The position numbers were made by a program, and so were the translations under genes. From Heterodontus francisci (Eukaryota): a stretch of 63,849 nucleotides of DNA. The stretch lies in NCBI RefSeq assembly GCF_036365525.1, contig NW_027142279.1, positions 186,152 to 250,000 on the forward strand, read 5' to 3'. The notes under the pieces are model-generated. The model was not told the DNA's origin. It was given only the letters and a program-made list of their open reading frames with translations, and ran no database searches. Positions 1 through 12,473 of the stretch are shown here, piece after piece. Positions within the stretch are counted from its first letter, which is position 1; each line of letters starts with the position of its first letter.

Positions 1-2880
1 AGGCAGAGAGACAGTGGGAAAGACAGAGACAGGGAGAGAGAGAAGCAGAGACAGAGACAGAGAGACACACAGAGAAATAGAAAAACAGAGACAGAGACAG
101 ACAGAAAAGGAGAGAAATAAAGTGAGATAGACAGAGACAGAGACGGAGACAGAGAGAAAGAGAGACACGGACAGAGAGATAGAGAGAAAGACAGAGACAG
201 AGGGAGAGACACATACACAGAGAAATAGAGATAGAGAGAGAGACTGAAAGAGAGACAGGAAGAGAAATAGAGACAGAGAGATTGACAGAGGCAGAGAGAG
301 ACACACAGATAGACATGGAAACAGAGACAGAGAGAAAAGGAGAAAGAGAGACAGACAGACAGACAGAGTAAGACAGACAGAGAAAGACAGGCAGAGACAG
401 TGAGAGAGACACAGAACGAGAGAAAGAGAGAAAGACAGAGACAGAGAGAGGCAGAGAGACAGCGCGAAAGACAGAGAGAAAGAGAGAAAGCGATTGAGAG
501 AGACAGAGAGAGACGAGATAGAGAGACAGAGATAGACAGTGACAGAGAGACAGAAACAGAGAGAAAGAGAGGCAGAGACAGGGAAAGCCAGAGACAGAAA
601 GACAGAGAGACAGAGCGAAAGAGAGACTAAGAGAGAGAGAAACAAAGAGAGAGACAGAGAGACAAGGGGAGAGAGAGAGACAGAGACAGGAAGAGAGATA
701 GAGACAAATGTGTGACAGATCGAGAGAGGCAGAGACAACGGGAAAGACAGAGACAGTGAATGAGAGAGAGTGAGGCAGAGAGAGACAGAAACAGAGAGAC
801 AGAAACAGAGACAGAGAGAAAAGGAGAGAAAGAGAGAGACACATGCAGAGAGNNNNNNNNNNNNNNNNNNNNNNNNNNNNNNNNNNNNNNNNNNNNNNNN
901 NNNNNNNNNNNNNNNNNNNNNNNNNNNNNNNNNNNNNNNNNNNNNNNNNNNNNNNNNNNNNNNNNNNNNNNNNNNNNNNNNNNNNNNNNNNNNNNNNNNN
1001 NNNNNNNNNNNNNNNNNNNNNNNNNNNNAGAACAGGAGAGATAGAGAGAGACACATAAAGAGAGAGACTCATGGTCAAAGAGAGAGCGACTGAGAGAGAG
1101 ACACTGAGTGAGAGAGAGACAGGATAGGCAGGAGAGAGAAAGAGAGAGAGGCAGAAAGACAGTGCGAAAGACAGAGACAGTGAGAGAGAGAAGCAGAGAC
1201 AGAGACAGAGAGACACACATAGAGACAGGGAAACAGAGACAGAGNNNNNNNNNNNNNNNNNNNNNNNNNNNNNNNNNNNNNNNNNNNNNNNNNNNNNNNN
1301 NNNNNNNNNNNNNNNNNNNNNNNNNNNNNNNNNNNNNNNNNNNNNNNNNNNNNNNNNNNNNNNNNNNNNNNNNNNNNNNNNNNNNNNNNNNNNNNNNNNN
1401 NNNNNNNNNNNNNNNNNNNNNNNNNNNNNNNNNNNNNNNNNNNNNNNNNNNNNNNNNNNNNNNNNNNNNNNNNNNNNNNNNNNNNNNNNNNNATGCAAAC
1501 TGAGACAGAGAGAAAAGGAGAAAGAGAGACAGACAGACAGACAGACAGAGAAAGACAGACAGAGAAAGACATGCAGAGACAGTGAGAGAGACACAGACCG
1601 AGAGAAAGAGAGACAGAGAGTGGCAGGGAGACAGTGGGAAAGACAGAGAGAAAGAAAGAGATTGAGAGATTCAGAGAGAAACGAGATAGAGAGACAGAGA
1701 GAGACAGTGACAGAGAGACGGAAACANNNNNNNNNNNNNNNNNNNNNNNNNNNNNNNNNNNNNNNNNNNNNNNNNNNNNNNNNNNNNNNNNNNNNNNNNN
1801 NNNNNNNNNNNNNNNNNNNNNNNNNNNNNNNNNNNNNNNNNNNNNNNNNNNNNNNNNNNNNNNNNNNNNNNNNACGGAGAGAGAGACACACACACACATA
1901 CACACAGAGACAGAACGAGAGAGAGGCAGAAAGACAGCGGGAAAGTGAGTGAGTGAGAGAGACAGAGACAGTGAGTCAGAGACAGAGAGACACACTGAGA
2001 GGCAGAGAAACGGAGACAGTGAGAAAAGGAGAGAAAGGAAGAGAGAGAGAGATAGAGAACGAGAGACAGAGACACAGAGAGAGTTAGACACAAACAGAGA
2101 GAAAGACAGAGACACAGAGTGGCAGAGAGACAGAGGGAAAGACAGCGACAGAGAGAGAGAGACAGAGATTGAGAGAGACAGACAGAAAGAGAGACAGNNN
2201 NNNNNNNNNNNNNNNNNNNNNNNNNNNNNNNNNNNNNNNNNNNNNNNNNNNNNNNNNNNNNNNNNNNNNNNNNNNNNNNNNNNNNNNNNNNNNNNNNNNN
2301 NNNNNNNNNNNNNNNNNNNNNNNNNNNNNNNNNNNNNNNNNNNNNNNNNNNNNNNNNNNNNNNNNNGGGAAAGACAGAGACAGTGAGAAAGAGAGACAGA
2401 AAGAAACAGAGATAGAGACAGGCAGAGAAAGAGGGACAGAGACAGAGAGACAGAGATAAAAGGGGTAAGACAGAGATGGAGATAAGAAGAGAATGAGAGA
2501 CAGAGAGAGACACACAGAGACAGAGAGAGAGAGAGGTAGAAAGAAAGAAATCGAGAAAGGGACAGCCAGAAATAGAGACAGACAGAGACAGAGACAAGGC
2601 GAGAAAGAGAGACAGAGCTAGAGTGTGCCATAGTGAGAGAGGCAGAGAGAGAGACAGAGAGAAAGAGAAAAACAGAGATACAGCGAGAGACAGGAAGAGA
2701 AAGAGAGACCGAAAGAGAGAGAGAGACAGTCAGAGAGAAAGAGTCAGATAGATAGAGATAGAGAGAGACTAGGAGAGAGAGAAAGAGAGACAGAGACAGA
2801 CAGAGAGAAACACAGGGACAGAGAGAGAGACGGGGTGGGGGTGAGAGAGGAGAGAGAGACAGGGAGAGAAAGAGAGACAG
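1..2880. repeat. GA/GACA-rich low-complexity repeat with N gaps
   Basis: Degenerate (GA)n/(GACA)n; the ER/LS-rich ORFs here are repeat artefacts. Confidence 0.95.
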
Positions 2881-3009
2881 AAGCCTGGATGCAATGCACA
2901 AATCTCAGAGTGAAGAAGTTTCTCCCACTTTATGTTCTTGGTGTGATATGAAAACTGTGTTTTATGCACAAATAATTGAAGTTATTTTTCTCTTTTAAAT
3001 TTCTTGCCG

Positions 3010-3027
3010 GCCTATGTGAAGGGAAAG
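3010..3027 (+). CDS. Candidate connecting-peptide exon (xLCEGK) of a second TCR-beta-like C gene; acceptor reads CG instead of AG
   Basis: Pyrimidine tract ttctcttttaaatttcttgccg|GC CTA TGT GAA GGG AAA G|gtgagg; 18 nt, phase 1-1, contains Cys, like TRBC exon 2. Confidence 0.6.
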
Positions 3028-3060
3028 GTGAGGACTTCCAATATTTTATCTGTTTGCTAT

Positions 3061-3062
<2 letters not shown>

Positions 3063-3135
<73 letters not shown>

Positions 3136-3136
3136 C
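3063..3136. repeat. (CT)n(CA)n microsatellite
   Basis: Direct reading. Confidence 0.95.
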
Positions 3137-3206
3137 TCACGGAATGTACATAATGATTAAGTTGGATTTTAGGGCGTGACTATGGTCTTTCTTGTCTGTC
3201 TTTCAG

Positions 3207-3316
3207 TGGAGCGGACACAGAGGCAACAGATTGTGGCAAGAGCTACTTACACTTCACTCATCTCCAAGAGCTTCCTGCATATGGCAGTGATCACCATCGT
3301 GCTGATCAAGGGGAAG
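3207..3316 (+). CDS. Transmembrane exon of a divergent TCR-beta-like constant gene: (V)ERTQRQQIVARATYTSLISKSFLHMAVITIVLIKGK
   Basis: ttgtctgtctttcag| acceptor and AAG|gtatga donor; phase 1 in, phase 0 out like TRBC exon 3; ungapped 11/36 identity to the TRBC TM exon, including TY..LI.KS with the intramembrane Lys. Confidence 0.8.
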
Positions 3317-3569
3317 GTATGAGAATTACCAGGAAACTTTGCTGAAGTGTAAAACGGACCCACTTCTCTATTCTGTAAACTTCAATCCTCTCCAGGTTTT
3401 AGGCCTCAGTGAGGCACATTCCCCAGACATAGGGTGAATCACTGAACCCAGTCCATGTCACTGTGCATGTGAATCGACAGTGAAACCACACTATTAGCAC
3501 CACTGTCTCGACTGCAATCCATCTAGATCCTGCACCAAGGGGTCCTGAATCGCCCCTACCCTCTCACAT

Positions 3570-4296
3570 GAGGACAGAATGAGCGATAGAGAAGGATAAT
3601 GAGAGAGATGTACCTATAGAGTAATAGAGAGAGTGTGAGGGGTGGAGGGACAGAGAGCGAGAAAGAAAAAGACAGAGAGAGATATACAGAAAGAGAGACA
3701 AAGAGCAAGAGTGACAAAACCAGTGAGGGAAATGCTGAGACAGTTGGAGACAGTGAGAGAAAGGGATAGCTAAGGATAAGTTGTGTGTGTGAGAGAGAGT
3801 GAGAGATAAAAAGAGAGAGAGATGGATAAACATAGAGTGACAGATACAGAGAGATAGAGAGAGAGTCTGGGGAGATAAAATGAGAGAGAAAGGCAATTCG
3901 ACAGAAATAAAGTGAAATTGAGATACGAGGGATAAACAGAGAGAGAGTGTGTCTGTATTACATACATTAAAAAGAAACAGTTTTGGGCAATGAAAGAGAG
4001 ACAGGGTGAGAAAGGAAGATTGAGGCAGACAGAGAGAGGAAGAGAAAGAGAGAGAGAGAGAAGCATTTAAGGGAAAGACAGACAGACACAGAGACACAGA
4101 GAGAGGGAGACAGGAACAGACAGAGAGAGAACCTAAGAGAGAGAAATAGACAGAGAGAACATGCGGGAGAGACAGTGATAGTGGGAGAGACAGGAAGAGA
4201 GAGGGAGAGAGAGGAGAGTACAAAGGAGAGGCAGAGTGACACAGAGACACAGACAGAGAAAGGAACACATAGACAAAAAGAAAGAAAGCGAGAGAC

Positions 4297-4343
<47 letters not shown>

Positions 4344-4370
4344 AGCGTTTAAGGGAGACAGAGAGAGAGC
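3570..4370. repeat. GA-rich low-complexity repeat
   Basis: Degenerate (GA)n. Confidence 0.9.
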
Positions 4371-4625
4371 CCTACTCCCCCACCCTTTCCTCATCACCTT
4401 GCAAAATTTACTCTTTCAAGTCTTAATCCAATTGTCTACTTTTTCAGGCATTGCTTTCCAGATGACAGCAACGCTCTGAGTTTAAGAAAAACTCACCCTT
4501 TCCTCTGGATCTTTTTAAATGCCATGAAATGTGTTTCCACTGACTCGAAATCCTTCCCAGGGCATTGTGTAAGAAATATTCCATGACTGACTCAATCTTT
4601 TTCCTTCCTTTTTTTCCCCTTCCAG

Positions 4626-4658
4626 ATTTCGGGAAAGTTGACGAAAAGTTTCGATTAA
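4626..4658 (+). CDS. Cytoplasmic-tail exon of the TCR-beta-like gene: ISGKLTKSFD*
   Basis: Long pyrimidine tract ending ccttccag|; phase-0 reading ends KSFD-stop versus KRFD-stop in TRBC exon 4; ATTAAA at 4848-4853. Confidence 0.75.
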   Translation: MSGKLTKSFD

Positions 4659-5519
4659 CTAAGCCGGGGCCAAAAACTCTGCAACAGGGCACTCGTCACA
4701 ACATATCCTGAAAAAATATAGGAAAGGAGGAGGAGGCTATTGGGTCATATCCCTATCATTGATATGTTGTCATTTTCTATTGGTTAATAACAGTTTGGCA
4801 ACTGGCAAAACCCATTAGGTCTTTTAGAGGATTTGGATTATAACATAATTAAAATTTATGTCTCAATTTCTATTCAATTCATTTAACCACTTGTCAGCTG
4901 GTTAGCTGAGCTGGTTAAGCTACTTTAACTAGTTGAGATGTCTCCTGTCCATCTTTGACCCGTTTGCACACTGAGCTTTATTTCTTTAAGTTGAGCTTCT
5001 TCATGATGCACCCTTCTCTCTCTTGTGACATCAAGCAGGCTAATAGAAAGATCTGTGGAAATGATACGCTGTGGTTTTAACTCTGCTTTTCGCACCTTTA
5101 CACAACATTTCACCAGGCATTGCAGTTCGCCAGCTCGCAGGAGAAAATACAAAACAGATACTGAGCTGAAAACAACATGAGAAACACACAGCAGGAACAG
5201 AGTCGAAAGGGGCTCCTGAGGATGGGAGGAAATAACACGGCGGGCACATCAGCATTTTGGAGGAGTTTAGGATGGAGGGTCAATAGGGAATGTTAACAAG
5301 GGATGCTGGGTGGGTGCCCAGCACAGCTTTTTGTTTGACCGACTGGCTTGCCCAGTCATTTCAGAGTCAGCCACATTGTTGCAGGAATGGAGTCACCTTT
5401 TAGGCCAGGCCGGTTAAAGATGACAGATTTCCTACTCTCAGTGAGAGATGGGTTTTTCAGGCAATCCAGTAGTTTCATGCTCACCATGACTGAGACCAGC
5501 TTTTTATCATTTTTTAAAT

Positions 5520-5912
5520 TCGTTCATAGGATGTGGGCGTCGCTGGCCAGGCCAGCATTTATTGCCCATCTCTAATTGCCCTTGAGAAGGTGGTGGTGAG
5601 CTGCCTTCTTGAACCACTGCAGTCCATGTGTGGTAGTTACATCCACAGTGCTGTTAGGAAGGGAGTTCCAGGATTTTGACCCAGCGACAGTGAAGGAACG
5701 GCGATATAGTTCCAAGTCAGGATGGTGTGTGACTTGGAGGGGAGCTTGCAGGTGGTGGTGTCCCGATGCATCTGCTGCCCTTGTCATTCTAGTTGGTAGA
5801 GGTCGCGAGTTTGGAAGGTGCTGTCTAAGGAGACTTTGTGCATTGCTACAGTGCATCTTGTAGATGGTACACACTGCTGCCACTGTGTGTCGGTGGTGGA
5901 GGGAGTGAATGT
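5520..5912 (-). mobile_element. CR1-like LINE 3' fragment
   Basis: ORF2 C-terminal-like SWNSLP..FKKAAHHHLLKG; related copy at 60815-61350. Confidence 0.75.
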
Positions 5913-7136
5913 TTATCTAACTAAGTGAACTTACATTATCCACCTTGCTGGGATTCAAATTCACGTCACCAAGTTATTAGCCCAGGCCTTTAGATTACTA
6001 GCCCAGTAACGTAACACTTTGCGACCTTACACTTCAACCTTCTTTTGAGCCTCAGTCCTAGGAGTGGAAAATACAAATGTGGGCGTGTTTCTACGTGTGA
6101 TTCACTCACTGTTAAACCCACACACCAGCCTGTTTTTCTTTCTTAAGCTGTTTAAACGTTTGCAGCTGCACTCTGATAACCGCACATCCTGACTGCGTGT
6201 TTCCTGTCTCTGTGTCTCTCTGTATAATTCGATTCTGCTGCTGTGTTGTTCTGACAAAGTCTTTCCACAAAAACACATGGAAAGAAAGCAGGACAGAGAA
6301 ATTTGCAGGTAGTTAGGGCGACGAATTGAATTAACAGGGGAGATAGGAGGAGTTGCACGAGCTGGGTTGATCTTGCAGAGAGCTGGAATTGACTCGATGG
6401 GCCAAATGGCCTCCTTCTGTACTGTAACCAGTCTCTGATTCTATGATAGATTCCCTGTGGTCGGAGAATCTGAAAATATATTTGATCAGTCAATCAAGTG
6501 TGAAGGAAATGCAACACCCAACATGTTTACATTGCTGACTCTTTATTCCCTCAGGTATAGAAGATTAAACGGTGATCTGACTGAGGTGTTTAAAATGACT
6601 GAATGTGTTGATAGAATAGATAGAGATAAACTATATCCTGTTGTTGGGGGCGGGGCACGGGGGCAGAACAAGTTGGTTTAAACCCAAACATCGAGCCAGG
6701 CTATTCAGGAGTGATGTCAGGAAGCATTTCTTCACACAAAGGGGCGTGGAAATCTGTTTCCTGTGTGCAGATTAGTGTTTGTAAGGTCAATAAAATTTTG
6801 CACGAATGGTGTGGTAGTGATTCCTTTAGAAGAACAACACTTCATCTTTAAGACAAGCAGTTAAACTATAAATGCATGTGCCAGAGCAGCATTTACCCCC
6901 ACATCACGGTATTGTTTTTCATTACACCTCTGTTCATTNNNNNNNNNNNNNNNNNNNNNNNNNNNNNNNNNNNNNNNNNNNNNNNNNNNNNNNNNNNNNN
7001 NNNNNNNNNNNNNNNNNNNNNNNNNNNNNNNNNNNNNNNNNNNNNNNNNNNNNNNNNNNNNNNNNNNNNNNNNNNNNNNNNNNNNNNNNNNNNNNNNNNN
7101 NNNNNNNNNNNNNNNNNNNNNNNNNNNNNNNNNNNN

Positions 7137-8010
7137 CTGTCTATGGCTATCTAATTATCTGTCTGTCTACCTATTTCACTCTCTATATAGAATCTTTATC
7201 CATCAATATTTATCTACAAATCTATCTGTTGATCCCTCTGTCTATCTATTCTCTAAACCACCTGTAGAACTCCCAATTCATTTCTTTCACTCTCTCTATC
7301 CAGTTATTTATCTATCTGTCTAGCCATCTCTCTATCAATCTGTCTATCTATTTCTCTATCTATTGATCCCTTTATCCAACTGTATCTCTATCTATCTTAT
7401 ATGCCTATATATATATCTGTACCTGCATTGCTCGATCTTTCTATTTAGTTCTCTATCATTATCTACCCACATATCACTCTATCTATCTATTGCTCTCTCC
7501 ATCCATCACTTTCTTCCTTTATATCCAACTATCTACCTATCCATTTATTCCAACAGTTCATCTATCCATTTATTCATAACTTTCTTTAACTAACTATTTA
7601 CCCATCACTCTGTCTATCTATTGATACCTCTATCCATCTATTTCGTTATATCCATCTATCTCTTCATCTCGATTTCTCTCCCTGTATCTCCCTCTCTATC
7701 TATTGATATCTCTATCTATTGACTTTTCTGTCCATCTATATCTCCTATATGTCTATATAGGTCTATATGATCTGATCTGATATGCCTATATATGTCTCTA
7801 GAGATCGATCTTTCTATCTAACGCCCTATCTCTCTATTTGTATCTATCTATCTACCACTTTATCAATTGATGTCTCCATACAACTCTCTTTATATCTATC
7901 AATAGCTTTCTATATTTATATCTATCTATCAATCCCTTTCTACCTATCAGTCAATCCTTGTCTATCTATCCATCTAACTCTCTATCCGTCTATCCATCTA
8001 TCTATCTATT
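7137..8010. repeat. Degenerate (TCTA)n repeat
   Basis: Direct reading. Confidence 0.9.
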
Positions 8011-8639
8011 TTTCTGTGCACCAGATTGACATTGGACTCTCATTGACAGGACCTGCATATAAGATCACAGACAGCAGGTGGCAGCAGAGATCAACATTTC
8101 ATCCAATTCCATCATCCTGAGCTCCAGTGAGAAAGACAGGATGGAGGAAGGACAGGGGGCAGGAAAAAAGAAAGTTTGTTTGGGTGAAAAAGGGGGAAAA
8201 AAGAGATTGAAAGAACGTGACGAGAAAAGAGAGAAGAACTGCAAGAGAAATCCAAGGAAGGAGAAGAGTTTAGGAAAAAGGGGGCGGGAAGGAATGAGAA
8301 AGTAGAGAAAGAAAAAGAGAAGGGAAAGAAAATGGAGAGAAGAAATCAGAACAAGAAAGAAAGACAGAGAGGAAGAGAGATAGAGAGAAAGAAAGATAAA
8401 CAATGAAGGAGAGGAGTAGATTGAAAGGAATGACAAAAGATAGAAAATTGGTCGATACAATAACAGAAAGTTTGATTGGATGAAATAAAAAAATTGATGG
8501 AAGAGAAGAATTAAAGAAAGGATAAAAGAATGATGGGGAGGAAGAAAGATAATTAAAATAAGGAACTGAATACTGAAAGCATAACTAAATGAATGATATA
8601 AAAATGCTGAAGAAGGAAATTCAGCTGCAATAGGCATCA

Positions 8640-9010
8640 CAGACTTTGCTGCACTGACCCAGCAGCCACATTTCCTCTGCATGGAGGGGGCAGGTGCACG
8701 GGGCCCAGAGACAGCGTCTCACCCAGTAGGAAATGAGACAAACATGGGCTCAATCTGCCAGCCTCTGAGCGGAGAGCACAGCAACAATAACAGGTGGCAC
8801 TTTCCGTTAAACCACAGGGTGAAACTCGGGCGCAATGACCTACTTTACAAACCGTGCAGCGCGCCTGCATGCAGAAAGCTGAGCTGCACCATTTGAAAGT
8901 TCACATCCCACGGCCTCCGTTTGATATCTTTCCGTGCAGCTGCACAATGTTATATTCCAGCTCCAGTCTTGTTTTGAGTTAATATTTTCCGGAGGAAATG
9001 ACACTGTAAC
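8640..9010. promoter_or_regulatory. Candidate TCR-beta enhancer (E-beta-like)
   Basis: Unique sequence between repeats with ETS-RUNX-like composite GAGGAAATGTGGC (minus, ~8665-8677), E-boxes CAGGTG (8691, 8791) and CAGCTG (8937), RUNX AACCACA (8810), ETS GAGGAA (~8992); lies 3' of TRBC as mammalian E-beta does. Confidence 0.45.
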
Positions 9011-10149
9011 CGAATTTTAAAGTCACAGCTCATTATCGCTCCGGTTCACTCAAGCAGACAATCACTTTAACAAGCCAAATCTTTACCCACATACAGTATG
9101 TAAGATTTCAGTGAACGTTTGGCCGACTCTGCTCTGTCTCATTGATATTTTCCAGTGTTACTGCTGAAATTTTGCATTTAGGGTTGTTTTTTTTTATATA
9201 TGGAGAATTGGAACGGGGAGTGAGCAAGTACTGGGAAAAAAGGGGAAGGGATGTGATTCGAGACCAGATTGTGTGTGTGAGAGAAAGAGCTAGGGAGAGC
9301 TGGGGAGAGAGACAAAGAGAGAGAGAGGGTGAGGGGAAGAGGGGGCAAGGGAGCGAGAGAGAGAGATAAACAAACAGAGGGGGCAAGATATGGAGAGAGA
9401 GAAAGACAGAGGGAAAGAGAGGGGAAGGGATGGAGAGAGAGAAAGACAGAGGGAAAGAGAAGGGAAGCGATGGAGAGAGAGAAAGACAGAGGGAAAGAGA
9501 GGGGAAGGGATGGAGAGAGACAAATAGACAGACAGGATAGAATATGGAGAGAAAGACAGGCAGCGAGAGAGAGAGAGAGGGTTACAGAGAGACAGAAAGG
9601 CAGACAATGAAAAATACTGAGGAGACAGCAACTTGGAAAACGGTAAGCGAGGTGATAGAGAGGGAGGGGGAGGGGAGAGAGAGAGACAAACGTGGTGAGT
9701 GATGGGGAATTAAGCAGGCAGCGCACAGGAAGAGGGAGAAATGAGATAGAAAGGAAAAGATGTAGGGGAATGGCTGTATAAGAGATACAGAGAGAAAGAA
9801 GGGATAAATGAAAGATACAGGGAGAGAAAAATAGAAAGAGAGAGGGAGAATGATAGTGGGGAATAGAAAAGGAGAGAAAGATGCAGGGCATAGAGAAAGG
9901 CAGGGGACGTATAGAGACAGAGAACTGGTGAGATAGAGAGACCAGGAGCTAGAATAGTGGGTAGATAGAGCTGACAAAAAAGAGTTTCCGATTACCAAAA
10001 ATGCAACGCTTGTAGCCTTCTAAAGCTGGTTTAAAGATTGACTCGATATCTACGTACATCAATCAGCCTGATAATGAAGGTATCTTTCAATGTCTGTAGC
10101 CAGTGAGAATGTGTTCATATTCCTGAGATGCAGGTCAGTGTGCACTGTT

Positions 10150-10530
10150 AGCCATCAGGAAAGAATGAACAGGCTGGGACACTTTTCTGTTGAATGAAGA
10201 AAGCTGAGGGGTGACCTGATAGACGTCTTTAGGCTTACGAAGGGGTTTGATAGGGGAGATGGGGCCATAAATATAAGACACATCACTATTGAATCCAATC
10301 AGGAGAGACTTCTTTACCCAGAGAGTGGTGGGAATGTGGAACTCGCTACCAATGTAAGAAGAATAGCATCGATGCCTTTAAGGGGAAGTTGGGAAAGCAC
10401 TTGAAAGAGAACGGAATGGAAGGAGATGTGCTGAGGTGAGATGAAGCGTGGGTGGGAGGAGGCTCATGTGGAGCTGAAACACTGGCATGGACCAGACGGG
10501 CTGAATGGCCTGTTTCTGTGCTGAAATCTC
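10150..10530 (+). mobile_element. CR1/HER LINE 3' fragment
   Basis: Degenerate RLRGDLI..WNSL sequence and gggctgaatggcct 3' tail. Confidence 0.7.
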
Positions 10531-11693
10531 TATGGAGCTGGGGTGCAGTTCAGACAAGGTCTCACTGAATGGCAGAACAGATGCGAGGATCAAAATGGCT
10601 CCCCTCTTGTTCCTCGGTTTCTATGAACACAGCCTGGGTCTGGTGCAGTTAAACACAGAGGTGACTGGCTCGATCCCTCCCCAACAGCATTCCTCAGTAA
10701 CCCCATAGGGCAGAAGGGAGACAGCAGCCACCTGTCATTACCCATCTCCCACGTGGACAATCCCTTGGCGACTGTGAGCGCCATTGCCCGCTCAGAGCAA
10801 ACCATTTACAAAGGAGGGGTGCAGCGTCCTGGGTGCCAAAGCCGGGGATGAAATTGCCCAAATCTAGAACAGTCTGGTAAAGCACTCATCGGTGAAATTG
10901 CTTGGAAGGACAGCATTGTGGTAGGAATGGGCTGGGCTCATAATCCCAAGATATGAGTTCAAATCCCATCATGGTCGCTGGGGAATTTCAAATCAGCTAA
11001 TTAGCTCAAAATGTGCAATAAATAGCTAACATCAGCAATGGCGACCTTGAAACTGCGAGAGATTTGTATCAAACTCCATCTGGTTAACTCATGTTCTTTT
11101 GGGGTGGAAATCTGCAGCCGTTACCCGGCCTGGCCTACATGCAACTCCAGACCCACAGCAATGTGGTTGACTCATAACCGCTCTCTGAAATGGCCTAGAA
11201 AGACATTCATTTGTATTCAGGAAAGTAGTTCATCGACACCTTCTCAGTGGCTGTCAGGGATGGGTTACACATAGCAACAGGGAAACAGGAGACTATTTAG
11301 CCCACTCGAAGCTGCCACGTAGAGCGAGGAAGCGATTCTGCCCTCTCATGCTGTTGCATAGAATTGGGTGGAGGAGGTCATTCAAACCAGGAGAGCCTGT
11401 TGCATTGCAACAGGAGGAGTCCAATTCAGCCCCTCGAGCCTATTACATAGGCATAGTGTGAGGAGTCCATTAAACCCCGGCACATGTTCCGCCATTCAAT
11501 TAGATCATGGAAGATCTGCACACCAACCCCATTTCCCCATCTTTGCTCAATATCCCTTGATCCCGTTACCCAATAAAATTAATCTAATGTCTACCTGCAT
11601 ATTTTAATGTTGTTTGGAAATGTTGTGCCAAGCGCGTGGGGTAAAAATGAAATAATAGTGGAGAGAAACGGTTTTCTTTGTCGAAATATTCTA

Positions 11694-11699
11694 TTTATT
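11694..11699 (-). terminator. Candidate polyadenylation signal AATAAA for TRBC
   Basis: AATAAA on the minus strand about 780 nt after the stop codon. Confidence 0.4.
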
Positions 11700-12473
11700 T
11701 CTTAACCAGTGAACAAGAAAAGAAAAAAAATGTAGAAGATCACAAGCGAGCTGTCGATACTGGATCCACTGAGAACCCCACGACAAATAATGGACAATTA
11801 TGAGCGCATTTTCCATCTGCAATCGATGAGGTGTCTGATACAAATAGTAATAACATTTCTGCATTAACAGAAAAGGGAAAAAAGACATTAATAGTTGCAC
11901 TAAACAGAACTTGAAGTTACAATTTGTTTACTACTGCTTAATATTATACACAGCTTTACGAGAATTGCACGGAATGAGGGACTTAAGTTTCATGGAGAGA
12001 TCAGCAAAGCTGGAATTGATCGCCTTGGCATTAACAACTGGCTTTTTCAAAGAGCTAGCACTTGCACGATGGGCCAAGTGGCCTCCTTTCGTCCTGTAAG
12101 GTTGTATGTTTCTTTATAACATTTCAAACAACACAGACTAACAATTAATAAACAGACAAAATAAACTGGAAAAAAAGTTTGCACGTTTCTCAAAGCTTCA
12201 CCTACTGAGACAACAGGAATTTAATACATTGACGAGAATATGAAAGGACTTATTCTAGTGGAAAAGACAGAGTGGGTCTTAAAATTTCCTCTGTTCGTTT
12301 CCCGCAGTGGTGATGGGTATTTAGGGTTGTCCGCCAAAGTTACGCGAGTACAGCGGGAGTGGTTTAGACGAAATTCACCCCCGAGATATTCACAATAATC
12401 GTATTTTCTCTCCCCTTGCTCCCTCGTGTGTTCTGCTGCTTATCCATCTTTTGAGTTCATTAATTTGCGACGA

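Noticed and set aside
400-2901. Long ER-rich and LS-rich ORFs (up to 608 aa)
   Set aside because: Translations of GA/CT low-complexity repeats spanning N gaps
3396-3437. Alternative cytoplasmic exon VLGLSEAHSPDIG* 79 nt after the plus-strand TM exon
   Set aside because: Plausible acceptor but no similarity to TCR tails; 4626-4658 has a stronger acceptor and the K.FD* ending. A minor isoform is not excluded
4925-5255. Minus-strand ORFs as a possible V relic
   Set aside because: No WYRQ, YYC or RSS
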